A stretch of DNA of 64,000 bases. Origin: Ranitomeya imitator (lineage: Eukaryota). Positions 50,463-61,413 of this stretch are shown in pieces. Position numbers and translations under genes: made by a program. A model generated the notes under the pieces. The model was not told the DNA's origin. It saw only the letters and a list, made by a program, of their open reading frames with translations, and did not search any database. The stretch's first letter is position 1, and each line of letters starts with the position of its first letter. The DNA lies in assembly GCF_032444005.1 (NCBI RefSeq), contig NC_091283.1, positions 843,572,001-843,636,000 on the forward strand. Reading direction: 5' to 3'.

Positions 50463-52504
50463 CTCCCCCTAGTGGTGGCTGCAGACATGATCTTATCATG
50501 TATCTCTGTATACAGGGAGCTCCCCCTAGTGGTGGCTGCAGACAGGATCTTATCATGTATCTATGTATACAGGGAGCTCCCCCTAGTGGTGGCTGCAGAC
50601 AGGATCTTATCATGTATCTCTGTATACAGAGAGCTCCCCCTAGTGGTGGCTGCAGACAGGATCTTATCATGTACCTCTGTATACAGGGAGCTCCCCCTAG
50701 TGGTGGCTGCAGACAGGATCTTATCATGTACCTCTGTATACAGGGAGCTCCCTCTAGTGGTGGCTGCAGACAGGATCTTATCATGTATCTCTGTATACAG
50801 GGAGCTCCCCCTAGTGGTGGCTGCAGACAGGATCTTATCATGTACCTCTGTATACAGGGAGCTCCCCCTAGTGGTGGCTGCAGACAGGATCTTATCATGT
50901 ACCTCTGTATACAGGGAGCTCCCTCTAGTGGTGGCTGCAGACAGGATCTTATCATGTATCTCTGTATACAGGGAGCTCCCCCTAGTGGTGGCTGCAGACA
51001 GGATCTTATCATGTACCTCTGTATACAGGGAGCTCCCCCTAGTGGTGGCTGCAGACAGGATCTTATCATGTATCTCTGTATACAGGGAGCTCCCCCTAGT
51101 GGTGGCTGCTGACAGGATCTTATCATGTATCTCTGTATACAGGGAGCTCCCCCTAGTGGTGGCTGCAGACAGGATCTTATCATGTACCTCTGTATACAGG
51201 GAGCTCCCCCTAGTGGTGGCTGCAGACAGAATCTTATCATGTATCTCTGTATACAGGGAGCTCCCCCTAGTGGTGGCTGCAGACAGGATCTTATCATGTA
51301 TCTCTGTATACAGGGAGCTCCCCCTAGTGGTGACTGCAGACAGGATCTTATCATGTACCTCTGTATACAGGGAGCTCCCCCTAGTGGTGTCTGCAGACAG
51401 GACCTTATCATGTATCTCTGTATACAGGGAGCTCCCCCTAGTGGTGGCTGCAGACAGGATCTTATCATGTATCTCTGTATACAGGGAGCTCCCCCTAGTG
51501 GTGACTGCAGACAGGATCTTATCATGTATCTCTGCATACAGGGAGCTCCCCCTAGTGGTGGCTGCAGACAGGATCTTATCATGTATCTCTGTATACAGGG
51601 AGCTCCCCCTAGTGGTGGCTGCTGACAGGATCTTATCATGTATCTCTGTATACAGGGAGCTCCCTATAGTGGTGGCTGCAGACAGCATATTATCATGTAT
51701 CTCTGTCTACAGGAAGCTCCCCCTAGTGGTGGCTGCAGACAGGATCTTATCATGTATCTCTGTATACAGGGAGCTCCTCCTAGTGGTGGCTGCAGACAGG
51801 ATCTTATCATGTATCTCTGTATACAGGGAGCTCCCCCTAGTGGTGACTGCAGACAGGATCTTATCATGTATCTCTGCATACAGGGAGCTCCCCCTAGTGG
51901 TGGCTGCAGACAGGATCTTATCATGTATCTCTGTATACAGGGAGCTCCCCCTAGTGGTGGCTGCTGACAGGATCTTATCATGTATCTCTGTATACAGGGA
52001 GCTCCCTATAGTGGTGGCTGCAGACAGCATATTATCATGTATCTCTGTCTACAGGAAGCTCCCCCTAGTGGTTACTGCAGACAGGATCATATCATGTATC
52101 TCTGTCTACAGGAAGCTCCCCCTAGTGGTGGCTGCAGACAGGATCTTATCATGTATCTCTGTATACAGGGAGCTCCCCCTAGTGGTGGCTGCAGACAGGA
52201 TCTTATCATGTATCTCTGTACACAGGGAGCTCCCCCTAGTGGTGACTGCAGACAGGATCATATCATGTATCTCTGTATACAGGGAGCTCCCCCTAGTGGT
52301 GGCTGCAGACAGGATCTTATCATGTATCTCTGTATACAGGGAGCTCCCCCTAGTGGTGGCTGCAGACAGGATCTTATCATGTATCTCTGTATACAGGGAG
52401 CTCCCCCTAGTGGTGGCTGCAGACAGGATCTTATCATGTATCTCTGTATACAGGGAGCTCCCCCTAGTGGTGGCTGCAGACAGAATTGTATCATGTATCT
52501 CTGT
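50463..52504. repeat. 57-bp CTCF-motif minisatellite, right block (about 36 units)
   Basis: Same unit, resumes in register after element B. Confidence 0.98.
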
Positions 52505-54334
52505 CCATAAGGAGCTGTTCATCTGTATTTCTCCTCAGATGTTTGTCTTTGGTGCTTGGTGCCATCAGCGACACCAGCGCCAACTACCTGATCATTTCAG
52601 CGCTAAGCTGATGATAAGTGTTAAAAATTAAAAAAAAAATTAGAATAAAAAACATTTACATGGAAATCATAAGGAATAATTCAGATGCACATAGTATAGT
52701 GAGAAGAAAATAATTATTATGGGAAAAAGCATAAAAACAAAAACGAAGCAATTATGAGTCTCGAGGGAAATATAAAAAGGTCAGATGTTTTTTCGGCTGT
52801 GTTCCTACCTCGCTGTGCACCCACCACTGACTTTTTATCCTTAATGGACGCTGTGTCTCGTGTGCCGCGGTGAGCTGCGGTTTCCACGTTCTCGTAAACT
52901 GTGTGCTCAGCCCGATCTTGTTCCCCAGCCCGGCTTATTAAGGCGGCATAATCCTCCAAGCACTAATTATTCCCGATGGATTTTCAGCTTTGGGTCTTTC
53001 TATTGCCAGAAAATAGTCAATGAGCAGTCATTAATTGCAGATGTGAATGCCGGAAAGCTTTGCTGGGCTTTTACAATGCTCCTTGACACCGCGACGTGAG
53101 GTCGGGTGGTAATTATATGAGTATTGACCCTCGAACACCGAGACATAAAAAGCCGTCTATCGACCTGTGCACATTATGGTGTCACTACGGGGAAGGGTGC
53201 AGCAGTGATTAACGGGGTTTCTAATGGCTCCTGATTGCTGCGCTGCGATTCCTGATGGTAGACTATAGGCGGACCGGACGCCACAATCACCGTCTGCTCG
53301 CTTGTATTTATTTTATTTGTAGCGTGTAGTAAATAGTTTTCAGGTCCGTAAAAAAACTGAAAAAGTCTTGACGCCCTGCCCTGTAGGCGCGCACTATTAC
53401 CTGCACGCAACCTCTGTAGCTATCGCTGCACGCACAGGACGGATCCGTAATCTCACAGGTTATTACTAATGAAGGCGAATTTATTCTAAACTGACCAAAT
53501 TTGCCATTTTTAATATTTTGATCCTCCGGCTGTCATGGATTCTTTCTCCAACCGGCTCCTCTTCCGTCTTCTCCTTGTTGCCACCTCTGGCTGGCGGAGT
53601 AGAGGTGAATATAAGAGTTTGTTTTATTTTATAACCCTTTCCTGGCAGATTTGATTGGCATTAAATCTATCTGTTGTGAATTGAATCCCCCCCAAAGTGA
53701 ACAAATCTGCCCAAATCGAATTTCAGGATATTCTCTTAATTCCGGTTGCTACTGAGTGGCACCGTATGTAATAGATGGCACTGACTGCTGCCTAATAGTG
53801 GGGTCTGATGAGCATTGGGACCCTCTGCTGTGACAGACCCCCCTACAAATCCTCAATAGGGTCACTTTGTGTAAGAATAACAACTGAGTCTTCTTTACCC
53901 CCGTCCAACCACGCTGCTGCCTCCAGTCCTTGTGGTCATGGCTGCGGTGGTGACATTGTGGCTGCAGCATGTGACCACTGCAGCCAATCACTGGGCTCTG
54001 CCATGTACTTGGGCATCGCCGGTGAGCTTAGTGATTGGCTGTAGTGGTCACATGCTGTAGGGTTAATATCACTGTTAAAAGGTGCAATAAATTTGTTGCA
54101 CCAGGATTTGAAAATTTAAGGGTCATTTCCAAAATCACAATGCCATCCTATAATAATGTACAGATATAAATATTCAGTTATGTCAATATAATTCATTTTT
54201 AAATCTTTCATTTTGAAAATATCACCCCTAAAAGAAGCCACTCCAGGCTCTATTTAGCCTCTAGCGGCCATTACAATGTACTGCTGTAGTTCCAGCTGCG
54301 GGTTCATTCTGCTCAGCTCCTTGTCTTTCACTTT

Positions 54335-54530
54335 CATGCTGCTATCAGGGTCGGACTGGCCCACCGGGATACTGGTGAAATGGCCGGTGGGCCCCGACCC
54401 AGAGAGGAGGAGGAGGAAGAAAAAAAAAAAGAGACGTGGGCCCTTTAAATCTTCGGGCGGCGGCGACCGCCGCCACGACCAGGGCCCTCCCCCCGGTGCC
54501 AGCGCTGTCATTGGGACCCCCTTCTAATAC
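54335..54530. mobile_element. Fragment of a GC-rich hAT-like MITE
   Basis: Starts CAGGGTCGGACTGGCCCACCGG...CCGGTGGGCCCC. No matching right end identified. Confidence 0.35.
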
Positions 54531-55375
54531 TCACCTCTCCTGGTTCCTGCGGCAGCTGCAGCGTCTTCAGCGCCCTCTGACTCTTTGACGTCTCAGGGCA
54601 GAGGGTGCGATGACGTCACCATAACTCTGCTGTGCCTCCACCACTGACATAGAGTGTGAAACTCTGCTCTGTGCACTGTCTGCTCCTATACAGAACCCTG
54701 CCTGCCTCATTTTGTCTTATGCCATGTACATCAGTAAAGCCGCAGTGCGGATTTACATAATTGTTAGCTGGTTTCTAGCAAAGGTCAATTCCCCTGCACT
54801 ATTCCAAAACAGAGATTGTTATTACCAGGCAGTGTAGAGCTGTGATTGTTGCTAGCTGCTATCAGATCAGTGATGTAAAACTTAAAAAGTTGCTCTTTTT
54901 GATGCATGTAACAGATGACTATCTTCTGCTGTATGCATCAGCAGAGCTTCCTCTGCAGATTCACATCACTGATCTGTCAGCAGGAGCCAACAAACTCAGC
55001 TCTGCGCTGCCTAACAATTACAAGCTCCATTGTGGAGGAGTGCTGGATAGTTGAGCTCTGCTATAACCGATTAATGATGTAAAACCACATTGCAGGTACA
55101 GTGATGTTGATGACAGAATGCAGAGCTTTGTTCAGGAGAAGATATTGCACAGAAGCATAAGGTGAATTATACACTTAATGGGGAGATGGGGCTAGTCAGG
55201 AACAGACAGGAGAGGGGGAAGGATCTGCAGCACTGAGGAGAAGCAAAGTGCTGCTGCAAAATGAAGTTTTAGCAGATAACTTTAGGATTGTCCATTCTGC
55301 TATGTGAAGCTGGAGACACAGATTGAGATGACAAAATACACAAATGTTCAGGAAGGAAACTTTATGCTGAGCTTA

Positions 55376-56134
55376 GGCTGGTTTCACATTTGCATTTAAA
55401 AACGCAGCGTTTTAAACGCAAACGCATGTGGTGAAAAACGCATGTTTTGACGTGTTTACATGCATTTACATGCGTTTTTTCCTGCGTTTGCGTTTTTAAA
55501 ACGCATGATGAGAAGTGTCTGACAGCTGCCAATCATCAAAATCAACAAGAAAACCCACTTTAAACAGAAATAGCTAGGGTTAGGGTTAGGGTTAGGATCC
55601 CTAGTAACCCTAGGGATCCTAACCCTAACCTTAACCCTATCCCTAACCCTAACCCTAAGGGATCCTAACCCTAACCCTAACCCTAAGGGATCCTAACCCT
55701 AACCCTAAGGGATCCTAACCCTAACCCTAAGGGAACCCTAACCCTAAGTGAACCCTAACCCTAAGGGATCCTAACCCTAACCCTTAGGGTTAGGGTTAGG
55801 ATCCCTTAGGGTTAGGGTTGGGGTTAGGGTTTGGGGTTGGCTTATTAGTGTGTATTCTTGTGTTTTTCTATTAAAAAGCATTCCTTTAAAAACACATACA
55901 AATGCATGTGCTTAAAAACGCATGCGCTTACATAGACAGCAATAGGTTTTTTTGTGGCAAAAAAACGCCGCTACAAATTACTACATGTTGCATTTCTGCA
56001 ACACAACGCATGCATAGAAAAGACGCATGCGGCGGCAAAACGCGGCAAAACGCATGCAAAAAAATGCATGCGTTTTTAATGTTAAGTATAGGAAAAAAAA
56101 CGCAGCGGCAAAAAACGCAAATGTGAAACCAGCT
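55376..56134. mobile_element. PIF/Harbinger-type MITE carrying telomere-like repeats
   Basis: TTA-GGCTGGTTTCACATTTGC...GCAAATGTGAAACCAGCT-TTA; AAAACGCATG subterminal repeats. Confidence 0.88.
55575..55840. repeat. Interstitial TTAGGG/CCCTAA array in both orientations, punctuated by GGATCC
   Basis: Directly visible; main unit GGATCCTAACCCTAACCCTAAG. Confidence 0.95.
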
Positions 56135-57063
56135 TTAGTCTGTGTATTAACAACTAGTCTGCATAGGCTCGGCTTTGAGAAAAATAATGTGAGATTCATT
56201 ATCTTGTACTCTAGCCTTGATGCTCTAAGTTTACACCACATTTCTCTTGCAATTTACACAAATTTGCAGGAAACAATGCAAAAAATGCCAAAAGTTTCAA
56301 AAGTTTTGTTTAACTACATGTTGCATAAAACTTTTTTTTACATTTGCAACAGTTTTACTACAGTTTTCTAGTGCAAACTGTTTGATAAATGGGGCGCATT
56401 TTCTTAAGATTTTTGCTATAATTGACAGTAATTTTACATAAATCATAGTAACTCGGCCGGGCTGTGATTGATCTTCCATCTGCCCCTCAGCCACTTCTAC
56501 ATTTTTAAAACTATGGGGAGTCTGGTGCAAAATTGAAAATAGTTGCAAACTTTTTGCAGAATGTTAGAATTGTTTTACCCCAATTATATCACTTCTCATT
56601 GTGCACAGATCACCTCCATTCGACTACCCCCTAGAGGCAGGTGTGTATACTTATGCAAATCTTTATATTGTTCGGTTAATGGAATCTAATACTTGTGACT
56701 TCTTTTCTTGTTCTTTTATTATTTATAGTATTTTATTATTATATTATATTACTAGTTACATAATAAATTACTGAATATCCAAACAAAAACAAGAAAAGGG
56801 GCGTGAATACTTTTATCAAGTTAGTTACTTTAGGTACTTATTGTAAATCAGACAGTTGACTTATTTTTATATAATTTATGCATCTGAGAACATAAAATCT
56901 GCAACAAAAAAAAGAATAAGATAAAGAATGTTAGCAGGGTGACAACCAGTAAAACGCATCCGCCCCAAGTCCTCCTCTTGGAATCACCTCTTATTATTAG
57001 CTACAATATATTATGGCGGATCATCTCCTGTCTTAAAGAGTTTGTCTATTCTTCTTTCTTCAG

Positions 57064-57283
57064 GAGGGCACGGCTCCCTGTCTGCCAGATTCCTTCTTGC
57101 CAGGGAAGTGGCGCTCCTGAAAACTGACAGCTCGGCCCAGCGGTATGGCTGCACCTATGACCCAAACTATGCAGTCTCTGAACCCATTTACCTCTGCAAC
57201 ATCTTAGGAGAACTGAAGCTGTCCAAATCCAGCAATCCAACCAGGTTCAGAGCAGCGCTTGCAAGCCCTTTAGCAAAAAGCCT
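57064..57283 (+). CDS. Candidate 220-nt exon (GHGSLSARFLLAREVALL...YGCTYDPNYAVSEPIYLC...SPLAKS)
   Basis: Strong acceptor tttgtctattcttctttcttcag and donor CCT|gtaagc, one open frame. Protein not recognised. Confidence 0.3.
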
Positions 57284-57744
57284 GTAAGCGCTGTGCTTCT
57301 CGCCTAGGAAACCGTCTACCATTGATAGATTGAAGAGGAGGCCGGTAACCTAGGCAATGAGCGGTAAACGATAGAATTTAAAATTCTTTTTGTTATGCAG
57401 AATGGAGAGGAATTTCAATAAGAACTAAATTGCAAAACTGCTTGCTTTTTACAAGCTCTCGGCAATGATACCCATTTAACAAGACGACTCCTTTAATAGG
57501 AGGAACATAAAACAAGACTGTTTAGCATAGAGAGGCAGTCTCTTCTGTCCCCAGATTGTGTCTGGAATCGCAGCTCCGCTCCACAGAAATGAACAGAGCC
57601 AAACCGCAGTACTGGACACAACCTGTGGTCAGGATGGGGGCGCTGCTTTTTGAGGAGAGTGGAAACGATTTTGAAGCTTGATGTAAATAATGAATCAGAC
57701 AAGAAAAAAATATCATTTCTGAACGAATTGCCACAATTGTTCAC

Positions 57745-57880
57745 TGTATGGTAGTATTATTTGAGCACTGTATGGCGGTATTATTTGAGCACTGTATGGT
57801 AGTATTATTTGAGCACTCTATGGTGGAATTATTTGTGCACTGTATGGTGGCAATATTTGAGCACTGTATGGCAGTATTAT
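57745..57880. repeat. 24-bp minisatellite (ATTTGAGCACTGTATGGTGGCATT), about 5-6 units
   Basis: Reverse complement of the array at 63245-64000. Confidence 0.85.
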
Positions 57881-58425
57881 GCCATGTAACGACGTCCTGG
57901 TTACGGGGAATATAAAGTGACCTATGCCTGATGCCACCATGGACGACGCGTTTCGCAGATCGGGGGAGAGGAAGGTTTCATCTTCTCATCACTAATGTTT
58001 GCTGGAAGCTTTGCTGCTCTCCAGACACCGCCTCTGTGTAATAAGATAGTAAAACACCGATGACATTTCTGGATACATATTGTCAGTTGCTAAGCAACCG
58101 CATCGGTCATAGATCAGCGGCAGCAGCGGCAGATATAATTATTATCGTGTAATATAGTAAGCACAAGGGCCGTTATTTGTTATTCCGGTGGATACAGAAC
58201 ATTGGTACATGTCGTGCTCCCTCTCCGGGCGAGACCCCGCTGCCGCTGGACTTCTGGTTCTTGTGTCATGGATGTAGCTTATTACTCCGGGCCCCCAGAG
58301 TGAGCAAGGAGTAGGACCGCTCTCAGGATGCCTGGGGCCATCTGCAAGACTTTTGGAAGCCCCTGCCCCAATATCACAGTTGCTCACTTTGTCAGGTCCC
58401 AACAGGGGACTTAAGCAATACATGC

Positions 58426-59928
58426 GTCACTAAAAATAAGAAATAATGGTTTATCTATTACATTACTTAGTTCTCTTAGTACTCGTGGGTGTATGCCATC
58501 CGGACCCGGAGATTTATCTATTTTAATCTTATTTAGCCGGTTTCGCACCTCTTCTTGGGTTAGATTGGTGACTCTTAATATAGGGTTTTCATTGTTTCTT
58601 GGGATTTCACCTAGCATTTCATTTTCCACCATGAATACCGTGGAGAAGAAGGTGTTTAATATGTTAGCTTTTTCCTCGTCATCTACAACCATTCTTTCCT
58701 CACTATTTTTTAAGGGGCCTACATTTTCAGTTTTTATTCTTTTACTATTGATATAGTTGAAGAACAGTTTGGGATTAGTTTTACTCTCCTTAGCAATGTG
58801 CTTCTCTGTTTCCTTTTTGGCAGCTTTAATTAGTTTTTTAGATAAAGTATTTTTCTCCCTATAGTTTTTTAGAGCTTCAATGGTGCCATCCTGCTTTAGT
58901 AGTGCAAATGCTTTCTTTTTACTGTTAATTGCCTGTCTTACTTCTTTGTTTAGCCACATTGGGTTTTTCCTATTTCTAGTCCTTTTATTCCCACAAGGTA
59001 TAAACCGCTTACACTGCCTATTTAGGATGTTCTTAAACATTTCCCATTTATTATCTGTATTCTCATTTCTGAGGATATTGTCCCAGTCTACCAGATTAAG
59101 GGCATCTCTAAGCTGTTCAAACTTTGCCTTCCTAAAGTTCAGTGTTTTTGTGACTCCCTGACAAGTCCCCCTAGTGAAAGACAGGTGAAACTGCACAATA
59201 TTGTGGTCGCTATTTCCTAAATGCCCAACCACCTGCAGATTTGTTATTCTGTCAGGTCTATTAGATAGTATTAGGTCTAAAAGTGCTGCTCCTCTGGTTG
59301 GATTCTGCACCAATTGTGAAAGATAATTTTTCTTGGTTATTAGCAGAAACCTGTTGCCTTTATGGGTTTCACAGGTTTCTGTTTCCCAGTTAATATCCGG
59401 GTAGTTAAAGTCCCCCATAACCAGGACCTCATTATGGGTTGCAGCTTCATCTATCTGCTTTAGAAGTAGACTTTCCATGCTTTCTGTTATATTTGGGGGT
59501 TTGTAACAGACCCCAATGAGAATTTTGTTACCATTTTTCCCTCCATGAATTTCGACCCATATGGACTCGACATCCTCATTCCCTTCGCTAATATCCTCCC
59601 TTAAAGTGGACTTTAGACAAGACTTTACATAGAGACAAACCCCTCCTCCTCTCCGATTTTTACGATCCTTTCTAAACAGACTGTAACCCTGTAAGTTAAC
59701 TGCCCAGTCATAGCTTTCATCTAACCATGTCTCGGTTATTCCCACTATGTCAAAGTTACCTGTAGATATTTCTGCTTCTAGTTCTTCCATCTTGTTTGTC
59801 AGGCTTCTGGCGTTTGCGAGCATGCAGTTTAGAGGATTTTGTTTTGTTCCAATCTCCTCACTGTGGATTGTTTTAGAAATGTTCTTACCTCCCTTCTGAG
59901 TATGTTTTCCTGGGTCGTCTTTGTTCAA
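58426..59928 (-). pseudogene. CR1 ORF2 N-terminal half (APE and linker), cut at the inversion point
   Basis: Almost identical to the N-terminal half of 19099-21879 and ends ...PLFLIFSD at the junction. Confidence 0.9.
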
Positions 59929-59960
59929 GTCTAATGTTTTTCTTCCCGTCCCCTCTTCTT

Positions 59961-60914
59961 CTAGTTTAACGCCCTCCTGATGAGTGTAGCGAGTCTTCTG
60001 GCGAATGTGTGTTTCCCAGGTTTGTTGAGGTGTAGTCCGTCTCTGGCGAGGAGTCCATCATACCAGTAATTCACACCGTGGTCCAGGAATCCAAATCCTT
60101 GTTGTCTGCACCATCGTCTTAGCCAGTTGTTTGCATCAAGGATCCTGTTCCATCTCCTGGTGCCATGCCCATCTACTGGAAGGATAGAAGAAAAAACTAC
60201 CTGTGCATCCAGTTCCTTTACTTTCTTCCCCAACTCTTCAAAGTCCTTGCAGATTGTCGGTAGGTCCTTCCTTGCCGTGTCATTGGTGCCAACATGTATC
60301 AGAAGAAATGGGTGGACGTCCTTGGAGCTGAAGAGCTTTGGTATCCTATCGGTCACATCCTTGATCATCGCACCTGGAAGGCAGCATACTTCTCTTGCAG
60401 TTATGTCCGGTCTGCAGATGGCTGCTTCTGTGCCTCTCAGTAGTGAGTCTCCCACCACCACCACTCTTCGTTGCTTCTTGGCTGTACTTTTTGCTGTCAC
60501 TTGTTGCTGTGTGCCCTTTTCTTTTTTGCTTGCTGGTATTGCTTCATTCTTAGGTGTGCCATCTTCATCCTCTACAAAGATTTGATATCGGTTCTTCAGT
60601 TGTGTGGTTGGTGATTTCTCCATGGTCTTCTTGCTTCTTTTGGTCACATGCTTCCACTCATCTGCTTTTGGAGGTTCTCTGACACTTTTTTCACCTTCTG
60701 TGACCAGTAGAGATGCTTCTGTTCTGTCTAGAAAGTCTTCATTCTCTTTGATGAGTTTCAAAGTTGCTATTCTTTCTTCCAGACCCCGCACCTTTTCTTC
60801 TAAAAGGGCCACTAGTCTACACTTCTGACAGGTGAAATTGGATTCTTCTTCTGGTCGATCTGTGAACATGTAGCACATGCTGCAGCTCACCATGTAGGTT
60901 GTCACATCTGCCAT
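59961..60914 (-). CDS. CR1 ORF1, 317 aa (zinc finger/leucine zipper plus SGNH esterase), intact
   Basis: CSMC...CQKC followed by heptads (LEEKVRGLEERIATL); VVGDSLL, HVGTND, DGLH motifs. Confidence 0.93.
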   Translation of the reverse strand: MADVTTYMVSCSMCYMFTDRPEEESNFTCQKCRLVALLEEKVRGLEERIATLKLIKENEDFLDRTEASLLVTEGEKSVREPPKADEWKHVTKRSKKTMEKSPTTQLKNRYQIFVEDEDGTPKNEAIPASKKEKGTQQQVTAKSTAKKQRRVVVVGDSLLRGTEAAICRPDITAREVCCLPGAMIKDVTDRIPKLFSSKDVHPFLLIHVGTNDTARKDLPTICKDFEELGKKVKELDAQVVFSSILPVDGHGTRRWNRILDANNWLRRWCRQQGFGFLDHGVNYWYDGLLARDGLHLNKPGKHTFARRLATLIRRALN

Positions 60915-61029
60915 GTTGCTCCTAGATCCTGCTGACTTGCTGTGTGTTTTCCTTCTTGTGTAATCTACTCAGCCAAGCTCTCTTGCAATAATGTCCTACA
61001 GGCAAAAATTCGCGCGCCTTACGGCGCGC

Positions 61030-61407
61030 GGTTTGGTGATGCTTTCGAAGCAGCTGGTCCCGGTTGTACCCAACGATCTTCTAGCTTAGGGAGACTTCGC
61101 TTCTCCCAGAAGGCACCTGGATTATGCAAATTAGCCTCCTGAAGCTTGAATCCCTGGTTTGGTGATGCTTTCGAAGCAGCTGGTCCCGGCTGTACCCAAC
61201 GATCTTCTAGCTTAGGGAGACTTCGCTTCTCCCAGAAGGCACCTGGAATATGCAAATTAGCCTCCTGAAGCTTGAATCCCTGGTTTGGTGATGCTTTCGA
61301 AGCAGCTGGTCCCGGCTGTACCCAACGATCTTCTAGCTTAGGGAGACTTCGCTTCTCCCAGAAGGCACCTGGAATATGCAAATTAGCCTCCTGAAGCTTG
61401 AATCCCT
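61030..61407 (-). promoter_or_regulatory. Three 126-bp tandem monomers at the CR1 5' end, each containing ATGCAAAT
   Basis: Period of 126 bp (61030, 61156, 61282, partial fourth at 61408). Octamer at 61124, 61250, 61376. Promoter role is inferred. Confidence 0.6.
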
Positions 61408-61413
61408 GGTTTC

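Noticed and set aside
41961-52631. ORFs of 300-800 aa on both strands (MIRSCLQPPLGGAPCIQRY and similar)
   Set aside because: Artefacts of the stop-free 57-bp unit; open in several frames and both strands at once.
55575-55625. TTAGGG-to-CCCTAA switch as an ancestral chromosome fusion point
   Set aside because: Only a few repeats, enclosed within MITE TIRs with an intact TSD, and no subtelomeric flanks.
56620-56645. Isolated CTCF-like word CCTCTAGGGGGTAG on the minus strand
   Set aside because: A single moderate match is expected by chance in 64 kb; not supportable without ChIP data.
57940-57995. Second hammerhead-like GAAACGCGUC on the minus strand
   Set aside because: No CUGANGA at a suitable distance (only GUGAUGA about 35 nt away) and no stem I or stem II pairing.
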